Source: Heterodontus francisci (lineage: Eukaryota). From it: DNA of 64,000 nucleotides. This document shows positions 23,601 through 33,946 of this stretch, in pieces. A model generated the notes under the pieces. It searched no databases, was not told the origin of the DNA, and was given only the letters and a program-made list of their open reading frames with translations. Within the stretch, counting starts at the first letter, position 1; the number at the start of each line of letters is the position of its first letter. The stretch spans positions 199,259,864 through 199,323,863 of the forward strand of contig NC_090375.1 of the NCBI RefSeq assembly GCF_036365525.1, read 5' to 3'. The translations under genes and the position numbers were made by a program.

Positions 23601-26600
23601 AATAAATTGATCTGAACGTTAAGTGATCTGTAGGTGGAGGAACTAGTGTTGAAGCAAATGGAATATCAAGCGAGACAACGCAAAATAGAGAGGAAAAACA
23701 AAAAGAGGGAGCCTATTCCCAAAGCTGCGAGCAATAGAGTCAGGGGTGTGGAGACTGCTAGACTATAAAAGGGTGCGTATGGTTGGTCACATGAGGGGAG
23801 ACAACAAGACGTTTTATTGGAAGCAATTTCCAGCGCATGGGGTAGGCACCCATGAGCGCAAGAATAAAAATCAGGACCTATGCTACCCAAGCATCAGGAT
23901 GATCGGCGCATTGGGCACCTAGGTGAGATTGCCCAGGAAGCGCCGGCCTTTACTTGCACCAATAGACTGCGAGGTGTCTCTAAGAGACCCCAGGCTGAAA
24001 GAATATTTAGTTTTGATACCTATTGGGAAAATGTTAAATCATGATGTACATCATGAGATGGCACCAGTGATGTTGAATTTCAGAGACTGGGATGTCCAGG
24101 TGATGTGGGAGAAAGAGGCAGAGCCTGAATGTCAAGTTATTAGACAACGTGTTGGTACACGGAGTAAGGACCAGTGGTGAGGCATCTGGTCTCTGGAGAC
24201 AGGTATATCTACCATTCATAACAAAAGGGGGCAAGCCGAAGGAGGAGGCGAGGGCTGGTCAAGGTCACAGCTATTGTCTTTATTACTGGGACCTCACTGA
24301 TAGTTTGGATCTGGTATCTCTGGAAGCAGAGATAAGGGATTTCAAGTGAAGATTAAATTATGTTCTTACGAATGAGAATACCAACAGGACTAACAGCTGT
24401 GGAAAGATAAAATTAAGACAGTTTATTCAAAGGATGTAGCAGAACGATTGGAAGACCATGCTAAAATTATAAATAAACTCATCTTCGACGATAGAAAAGT
24501 TTCTGATCAGCCTGCCCCGAATAATGTGTGTGTTATGTATGGCTCCTGGTTGGTAGAGCAGGCCAGCGAAAATCTGAGGCAAATTCACATAGGGGAAGTG
24601 CCCTCTTGGGACAATAATAATCATCTGGACATGTTGATGAGGAATAGAACAACATCACTGTGTGCCAGCACAGAAGTTTAGTGCAGGCATACCCTGTACA
24701 AACAGATTATAAAAGGGAAGATCTCAAAATAATGGGTTTGGTGATGTACCTTCTGGTAATGTCACACAGGGAAGCACAGCTCCCAGTCTATAGAATAGAG
24801 AACATAGGAGTCATCAAGGAGACCATCATATTGACAGGAACTAGGGTAGAAGGGTGCACTGACAGGAGAGTCAAAGTGGTATGCCCCTATTGGTTGGAAA
24901 AGCATGCCCAGTCAACATGTTGATTCAACGTTACTGAGCTAAACTGTAGCATGGAGGCTGCAAGAATGGCTCTGAAGCCTAAACAGACAGGACATGTGGG
25001 GGGAGGGAATGCTGTGTAACTACTACTGAAAAGGGGTACAAGCATGGAATAAATTTATAGTGCCCGATATCACAAACTACTGTCTGTTTTATTCCTGAAG
25101 GGATTGCAGGGACAGGCAATAGGGAGATTGTAAATATTTCTAACCCCAACAGTACTGAGCTTAACGTGAGTGATGATTTAAAGGGAACTTTGAGACAGTA
25201 TGTGGAGAAGTTTAGGTATGACACCAACCCCCTCACCCACCCACCCCCACGTTTCCTGAACATTTGACTAAGTTGTGGAGGGAGATTGATAAGTCATGAA
25301 ACGTGTATTATCATATCCAACAAATGAGCCATCAGATTTTGTATGGGATTGGTGACATCCCAGAAACAGCTTGGTGGGATGGGATATGGAATTGGAGAGG
25401 TATTATTGAGATACACCCCCGGATAAGAATTATCTCCCACTCACTCATTGTTGTCCAATTGCTTATGAACTATATCATTGGCGCAAACGTATGAGAGTGA
25501 ATCAATGGGTGAAACTTTTATTGGAGTGACGAAATAATATGAATGGATTAGATTTGTAACCATAGGAGTATTTGAAGTTGAAATTATTCACCTAAGGCTG
25601 GGTGCTGTAAGACATTTGGATGTCTCTTGTATTTGTGTTATGCTGTGAGGCATTTGTTAATATCTCTTGCATTTTGGCTCATAAGTAAAATGTAACTAGT
25701 TGTGCTACAGACCATCATGTGGAACTCAACAGGTGGTGAAGACGTGGAGATGAAGGACATGGGTATGAAGGGAGAAGAATCCTGACTGAAGACATCATCA
25801 CTGGGATCCATATCCGACCTTTTCAAAGTAAAAGGCAGCATAACTGAAGTAGCATCCCCACATATACACATGCAGAGAGACAAGTCAGGACATGCCACTG
25901 ATGTCGTAGACTGGGCTGTTACAACATCAAACAGCCTGTCTACAACCACACTCAGGGACAATGGCCTTTTGAAATCTGTGTGAATGGTTTCCTCCTTGCC
26001 TTATTAAGATGCAGATATCACATCCATGGGTGTTATGCCCCTAAGGACTGCCCCCACCCCTCCCCTCTGCTGAGAGCAGGATATGACCACATGCAGGTGG
26101 TCTTGCATAGCCAGGGTGGGATTGATAAGGCACTGAAACCCAATTGGATGACCGAATTCAAAACATTACCTTATATGTCAAGGGGCCAGGGTCATAAATG
26201 TGAATAAAGTCACAGCTCACAAGGACATTGTTGCTGCAGCTGGGAAGTGTGACTTGGTCAGTCACACAAAGTTATGTGGGAGCAGTGGCTCAGTGGACCG
26301 GACCACCAGGGAAAGAGCTATGTACACGGGTCTACTAAGCAACTGGTGTTGTTAGTATATACTATTGCTTGGTGAGCTAATAAAGGTGTTCCATCTAAAG
26401 TGGAAATTGTATCCAAAATTTGTTTTGTGCGATTGATACTCAGGATCTGGTCAGCAGATTAGAAGGAAGTGAGACCCCTTTTTCAGAGTCTTACAGCTGG
26501 CGACCATGATCAGGGACCCCGAAAGGTACAGAAATGGCAATCCACACTTTGGATGGGATTCTCATGAAATGCGTGGCCGAGAAATTGCCTCTAAAACAGA

Positions 26601-28065
26601 GGTGGGCACATGTCATCCTGCAGTGAGCGAATCAGTGTATGGGGCTGAACAGTGGACACTTGGACGCACTTGTCAGTGAGCCTCGGAAACAGCAGTTTGG
26701 CTGATGGCACTTCAGCATCAGCATAGGTGTTATGAAACCAAGAGAAAAAAAGTTATTCAGGAGATTGATGAGCGAGATAAGAAGCTTTGTGGTTGTGAGA
26801 AAGTTGTGAAAAGGTTAATATTACAGTTAGAGGAAGAGAGAGAGCTGGAACATCTGGACAACATGGACGAATAGGAGTCGGGGGTTTCTGGAAAAGAAAG
26901 TTAAAAGCAGTTGAAGGAAAGAGGTATCAAAACTGCTATTGTAATTTATTTATTTTGTTGGTTCTGTTTGAGTTCTGATTTAAATTTCAAGTTGTCAAGA
27001 CGACTGCTATAAGAATTGAGAATGCAAAGGAAGCTTTCAGTAATAATGTATGTGTGTGAGTTTTGTTGTGTTCTTTGGCACTTTGAGTTTATAACTCATT
27101 ATAGGAGTTGTTACGACCACTCAGGACAAAGACTCCGATCAAAATATATGATTCTGATTGCAGTGCGAGCAATGCACTGTTGATTCAGTCCCGCCACTCT
27201 ACAGGTCGCATCATATTTCTTTAAGCTTTCCAAATCGAGAAAAACAAGACAAATTGAACAATCAAGTACCCTATGAATGAAGTAAACCAAACTAGATATC
27301 TTTATATATCAACAAATTAACTATTTATTAAAAAAACTAAAATCTTAAACACTACTAAGATAAACCAATATCTAAAGACCTTATAACATTTTGTTTAAAA
27401 ATTATCTTCCACATTCACATACATATACTTGGTTTTAAATTTGCTGTCAGAAAAAATAGAAAAAAAAGTCTTTGCTGATTACATTACTGATGAATGGAGT
27501 TTTCCAATACAACACAATCAAAGTTCACCTGCAAACCGAAAGTCCTTCCAAAGATAGAAATTCAGCAGCTGTCGTACTAAACTCTTCTTTTTTCCCAGCA
27601 ATGAACATAGCAGATATCAAGGAAATTAATTGGCTTGAAGCTTTGTCGAATTTTGAGAGAAAATCAACACAGCTTTTTTTTCTTCAGTTTAAATCACCTC
27701 AGAGAGCTCTGCTTCCTTCACTTGCTGGAACAATTTCTCAACCAACTGTTTCTTAGCTAATTTTTTTTAAAGTCAAAAATGCAACATTGAATCTCTGTCC
27801 TTTCTCTCTGTTTGGCTGTTGCTTGGAAATCAGAACACAGTTTGGCTCACTGTCTCCAGAGTGTTTACACTCTTAAAGATGCACCACAATATTTCCGAGG
27901 TGAGAAAATACGCACGACCATGACAGAATTCATTTGGATACATGGGGATATGAAAGTGTGCATGTGATTATTGAGTGTGCCTGTATCAATTTAATGTTCT
28001 GTAAAGTTGTGGGAAGCAATTAGTGTTGGGAGTTTATTGTGTTATTATATCTCCCAGGTAAAAGA
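20620..28065 (+). mobile_element. LTR element copy B, tandem: LTR 20620-21467, PBS, ~4.1-kb internal region with env remnant (~23700-25590), LTR 25606-26495, PBS, partial second internal region
   Basis: TGTAAG..GTCTTA(C)A termini; TGGCGA-CA--ATCAGGGAC after both LTRs; 26496-28065 repeats 21468-22220. Confidence 0.88.
27109..27925. mobile_element. Solo LTR of a different family nested in copy B
   Basis: TGTTACG...CATGACA termini; flanks GAGT/GAAT (degenerate 4-bp TSD); the empty site ATAGGAATTCAT is seen at ~22072. Confidence 0.8.
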
Positions 28066-28871
28066 AATCTCATGGCCCCTCTTCACCCCCCCTAATTTCC
28101 TTCTTAAGTGTAGTCCTATACTCCTGGAGGGGCTCGCTCGATCCCAGCTACCTATACCTGACCAATGCCTCCTTCTTTGTCCTGACAAGACCCTCAATAT
28201 CCCTCGTCAACCAAGGTTCCCTAAACTTGCCAGCCTTGCCCTTCCATCTAACACCTTGGTTAATTTCGTCCCTTCACATTCCCGACTGGAATAAAAGATG
28301 GACTACGCGAAGAAGTAAGCCCCTGTGCGTCTGACACATGCACAGGCCTTCAATCCCCCTGATAAAACGATGCCCAACAGAATATTACAAATGATCGATT
28401 TTTCAATTATCTACTTTACAGTTTTTTTTTTACTTTTTTCTTTTCTCATTCCATTACCACCTCCTTTTGCCTCACACCATCATCCCTTTTATCATTTCAT
28501 ATCTCCTGCCTCCCACTCTATCACAGACAATCCCTTTTGTTCTTTCACCCACTCACCTCGCCCCTTTCCCTGAAACTGTTTTTGCTCAAAACCTGTCACA
28601 TTTCTAACTTTTGCCAGTTCTGACGAAAGGTCATCGACCTGAATCCTTAACTCTGTTTCTCTCTCCACAGATGCTGCCCCACCTGCTGCGTATTTCCAGC
28701 ATTTTCTGTTTTTATTGCAAAATAATCGATCCGGGCATCTGGAAAGAGGCGAACGAGAAGACGGGGTGGGTTTGACAAAATCTCACTGATGGGGTTGTGG
28801 GAAGTGAATCATTTCCTTTTAGCTTGTAACCAGCTGGTTGAGTGAACAGTCCCTGATCCAGCAGAGTGAAC

Positions 28872-29311
28872 ATGTCACTGTATTACTGGTTCATTGTGGT
28901 GATCATTTTTCCCTGTATGTGTTTCTGATGCTATTATTCAAATGCTGTTATTCAGTCTGCTCTGTCACGCTGTTTATTTGTAACCGTGTCTATTCTTTTC
29001 TCAGGCGGATGTTTCGCTCAAACCTTGAAACAGATTATCCCATCCGTTAGCAAAGCTGCTGGTAAAACCGCTAGATTCCAATGCGAAATACAAGGTGGCT
29101 CGGTCAGCAGCAGTTATCCCCTTCACTGCTACCAACACAAACCCGGCCAGGCACCCACCAGAATACTCTATTATGGGAGAGGTATATCGCGGGATCCAGG
29201 ATTTGGTGAATTGTTTAAAGCCGGGAAGAGTAAAGACAACGAATTCTACCTCACAATCGACAAAATAAAGACAGAGGACGCGGCCACTTATTACTGCGCG
29301 TACTGGGTGTA
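28872..29311 (+). CDS. TRGV: TCR gamma V gene V-e (leader 28872-28914, V exon 29005-29311), open frame but conserved Trp41 is Cys
   Basis: MSLYYWFIVVIIFP-C-GCFAQTLKQIIPSVSKAAGKTARFQC..PLHCYQHKPGQAPTRILYY..EDAATYYCAYWV. Confidence 0.9.
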
Positions 29312-29350
29312 CACAGTGTGAAACAGAAAGACAAACTCTGTACAAAAGCC
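29312..29350 (+). promoter_or_regulatory. 23-RSS of V-e
   Basis: CACAGTG + 23 nt + ACAAAAGCC. Confidence 0.93.
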
Positions 29351-29829
29351 CTGAAGCACTCGAGCTTTAACTATCAGAAAAACCCACGCATTCCTCGCCT
29401 AACCCGGCTAAGCAGCAGCGACACCGCAGTTGGATTTGTCTCTTAACTTTTTCTGCCCAAACCCAAGAATTGCCAAGTGCTGCGATACCAGCCAAGACTC
29501 GGTCATTTTGATCTATTTGCTTCTTCTGAAGTGCAGGACATGGTGTTAAAAACCCCAAAGCTGACATCGTCGGGAGCTCGCAGTCCTTGGTAAAGATGGG
29601 CCTGCTCTGTCGGTGTTGCATGGAGGTTCTCCTGAGGGCGGGTTCGAGTAAAGAGTTGGTCTTTCAGAGACCGATTTCCAGGCTGTGGGATATTCGCTCA
29701 ATAGCGACCGGCTCAGTGTAATCCCGCGGGATGGAACAGGCCTGCGCGGAGAGGAGGTGTTGTTTACACTGGGAGACTCAGCCAGCTCTGGTCCCATTGC
29801 AACAGTAAAGCCGGCATCGCGGACAAACT

Positions 29830-32015
29830 TCACATGAAGTAGGAGAGGGGATCCTGGGCTTTATAAACAGAGGCATAGGATAAAAAGCAGGGAAGTTGTA
29901 TGAAACCTGTATAAATCCCTGACTGTATCTCTTGCTGGAGTACTGTGTCCAATTCTGGGCACAGCACTACAGGAAGGATAACAAAACCTTGGAGAGGATA
30001 CACTGGAGTAGTACCAAGGATGAGGAATCTCAGTTCGGTGGAGAGATTAGAATAGCTGGAGCTGTTTTCTCTTGAGCAGAAAAGGTTAAGAGGAGATTTA
30101 ATAGAGTTGTTCAAAATTATGAACACACGAACATCCGCATTAGGAGCAGGAGTAGACACTCAGCCCTTCGAGACTCCTCCCTCATTCAATAAGTTCATGG
30201 CTGAACTGATTACTCCACATTTCCACCTACCCCCAATAACCTTCCATCCACTTGCTTATCAATAATCTATCTACCTCTGCCTTAAAAATATCCAAAGACT
30301 CTGCTTCCACCGCCTTTTGAGGAAGAGAATTGCAAAGACTCACAACCCTCTGAGAGGAAGAACTTCTTATCTCTTCTTAAATGGCTGACCCTTATTTTTA
30401 AACAGTGACCCTTGTTTCTAGATTCTGCCACAAGGGGCATCATCCTTTCCACATTCAACAAATCAAGACCCCTCAGGATCTTATCTGTTTCAATCAAATC
30501 GCCTGTTACTCTTCTAAATTCCAGCAGATACAAGCCTATCCGATCCAATCTTTCCTCGGAAGACAGCCTGACCATTCCAGGTATTAGTCTAATAAACCTT
30601 CTCTCTGCTGCCTCCAGCGCATTTACATCCTTCCTTGAATAAGGAGACCAGTACTGTACACAATACTCCAGATATGGTCTCAGCAATGCCCTGTATAGCT
30701 GAAGCATAACCTCTCTGCTTTTGTATTCAATTTCCCTCGCGATAAATAACAATATTCTATTAGTTTTCCTAATTACGTGCTGTACATTAGTACTGACCTT
30801 TTGCAATTCATGGACTAGGACACCCAAATCCCTCTGCATCACAGAGCTCTGCAATCTCTTGCAATTTAGATAACTGGCTTCTTTTCTATACCTGCCAAAG
30901 TGGACAATTTCGCACTTTCCCACATTATACTCCATTTGCCAGGTCTTTGCCCACTCACTTAACCTATCTATATCCCTTTGTAGCCCTCTTATATCTTCTT
31001 CACAACTTACATCTCTACCTATCTTTGTGTCATCAGCAAACATAGCAACCATACCTTTGGTCCCTTCATCTACGTCATTTACATAAATTGTAAAAAATGC
31101 GCCCCCAGCACAGATCCCTGTGGTACAGCACTCGTTAAATCTTGCCAACCAAAAAATGATCCATTTATGCCTACTCTCTGCTTCCTGTGAGCTAGCTAAT
31201 CTTCTAGCCATGCCAATATGTTATCCACTACACCATGAGTTTTTATTTTCCGCAATAACCTTTGATATGACACCTTATCAAATGCATTCTGGAAATCTAA
31301 GTACAGTACATCCACCAGTTCCCCTGAATCCACAGCACATGAAACTCCCTCAAATAACTCCAATAAATTGGTGAAACATAACTTCCCTTTCCCAAAACCA
31401 TGTTGACACTGCCTGATTACCTTGAATTTATCTAAATGCCCAGCTATAACGTCTTTCATAATAGCTTCTAACATTTTCCCTAAGACAGATGTTAACAAGC
31501 CTGTAGTTTCCTGCTTGCTATCTCCCTCCCTTTTTGAATAAAGGAGTTACACTTGCTATTTTCCAATCTAACGGAACCTTCCAACAAGCTAGTGAATTTT
31601 GGAAAATTAAAATTAACGCATTAACTATCTCAGTAGCCAATTCTTTTAACACCCTGGGATGAAGTCCATTAGGACTGAAAGATCTTGATAAAATAAATAA
31701 GGAGAAATCATTTCCACTGCCAGGAGAGTCACTAACCAGAGTACACGGATTGAATTGGATAAGAAGCAGAGGGGTGATGAGGAGATTTTATTTTAGTTGG
31801 ATTGAGATGTCGAGATTGGACACACTACCTTAGTGTTTGTGATCCCATAGTAACTTTCAAAAGGAAATGGGACAAACGTTTGAAAAGGAAACGTTTGCAG
31901 GGTTATGTGGAAAGAGCAAGGCAGTCGGATTAATTGGATCGTTTTTCAGAAGAGCCAGTACAGGCATGATGGGCCGAATGTCCCCTTCAATGCTGTAACA
32001 TTCAGTGATTCTATC
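29830..32015 (-). mobile_element. CR1 LINE cluster (minus-strand RT copy ~30125-31680 inside an older plus-strand 3' fragment)
   Basis: MFADDTKIG, LRPYLEYCVQYWSPY and LDFQNAFDKV in ORFs 30282..31211 and 31196..31498. Confidence 0.9.
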
Positions 32016-33251
32016 ATCTATACAATGAATCATCAGTCCCTAAACTCCAACATGTCATGGTCAGCTCATTTACAGGAATGGATTCACATTAAAAAAGGCA
32101 GGAAACCCCATTAACTTGCTTTCTCACCACACATATCATTAGGTGAAAGTAACTCGAGACCCAGCTGATCTTGGCCTATAGGTCCACTTAGGTACATCGG
32201 CTACCATTACCAAGGAAGACAGCCAGAGACTTCCATTTGTTGTGTGGATTGTGGAGCACAACTGTCAGAGGCCCACCCTGCTGCCGATAAAGAATTTACA
32301 TTTATATCGCACCTTTTACCATCTCAGGACGTCCCTAAGTGCTTTACAGCCAACGAAGTACTTTTTCAAGTTGAGATGCTGTTGTAATTAGGAAAAGCGG
32401 CTGTCAATTTGCTCACAGCAAGTTCCTGCAAACATCAATAGATAATTAATCTATTTTAGTGATGTTGGTTGAGGGATAAATATTGGCCAGGATACCGGAG
32501 TGAACTCCCCTGGTCTTCTTCAAATAGTGCCATGGGATCTTTTACATCCACCTGACAGGGCAGACAGGGCAGACAGGGCCTCAGTTTAAGGTCTCATCTA
32601 AAAGACGGCACCTCCCACAGTGCAGCACTCCCTCATTACTGCACAGTGAGCGTCAGCTTAGATTAAATGTTCAAGTCTCTGATGTGCGTCTTGAACCCAC
32701 GAAATTTCTCCACTGTCAATGACCAAATTTTTAGAAACTGAAAATAATCGCCGGGTTTCTATGTCGTGTTAGAGAGCGGGGTTGAAGAAAATATGAAGGA
32801 CGGAAAGTGAGAAAAAAGAGAAAGTGTGAAACGGGGGAAATGACAAATAAATACAGTCAGCAAGGCAGGACAGTAAGAACTCCAGCCATATGAGAGCGCG
32901 AAACGATTAAAAGCGAATTGTTGGAGACTATAATGATTACAAACCTGCATTAATGGGAGTGAAAAACAAGAGTGAGGCAGTAATTTATTACTTTCATTTT
33001 GTATAAAAGGTGCACCTTCTGTAGTTTACAATAGGTTTGACCCACTGTGGCTCTCACTTCCTGTATATCAATGGATAAACGCTTAACCATTGAGTAAACA
33101 GCGGCGAAGCAATGATCCAGATCCTGAACAGATCACGGTACCACCAGGAAGTGGAACCGCTTTACTCCAACTGCATCCGAGTTGCGAGTCATTTCCTGTT
33201 TAAGAATCTGGTTTAACAGAGCAAGTGCAACCTAATCTTCATGGCTGTAGC

Positions 33252-33946
33252 ATGGTTGTTCCACTGGTTGGTTATTGTGCTGATGCTTTCCTCCAGTAAG
33301 TGTGCCAGGAATCAGTTACAATCATAGAATGGTTGCAGCACAGAAGGAGGCCATTCAACCTGTCGTGTACGTGCTGACTCTATGCAAGAGCAACTCACCT
33401 AGTCCTCCCTCACCCTTTCCCTGTTGCCCTGCATTTTTTCCCCTTCAGGTGTTTATCCAATTCTCTTTTGAAAGTCGCGATTGAATCTGCCTCCAGCACA
33501 CTCTCAGGCACTGTATTCCAGATCCGAACCACACACTGCGTGAAAAATGCTTTTCCTCAAGTCAGGTTCGTTTCTTTTGCCATTCGCCTTAAATTGGTGC
33601 TTGCTGGTTGTCGACACTTCCGCCAATGGGAACAATTTTGCTCTATCTACTCTGATTTCTGCCTATCCTTCAAAACTATATGACTTTTGTGTGTTTTATT
33701 TGGAGGTGAATATTTAGCCGAGGCATTGATGCAGTTTCTGATATCAAGCCTAAGACTACAATGGTCAAAATACAATGTGTGACACAAGCCACTGAAACTA
33801 TTCACTGGTACCAGCAGCAAATAAACCAGGTGCCTAGAAGAACAATCTGCTATAGCTAAAGAGGAGCAGTGTTGGACCCTGGAATCTCAGTCAAATTCTC
33901 AGCTGAGAAGAATGACTCTTCACTCCTTCTTGTAATTGATATCATT
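33252..33946 (+). pseudogene. TRGV: TCR gamma V pseudogene V-f (leader to 33295; exon 2 from 33706; frameshift, stop; cut in FR3 by an LTR)
   Basis: Leader LFHWLVIVLMLSS|GTAAG; exon EYLAEALMQ../..VKIQCVTQATETIHWYQQQINQVPRRTICYS*RGAVLDPGISVKFSAEKNDSSLLLVIDII. Not in the ORF track. Confidence 0.85.
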
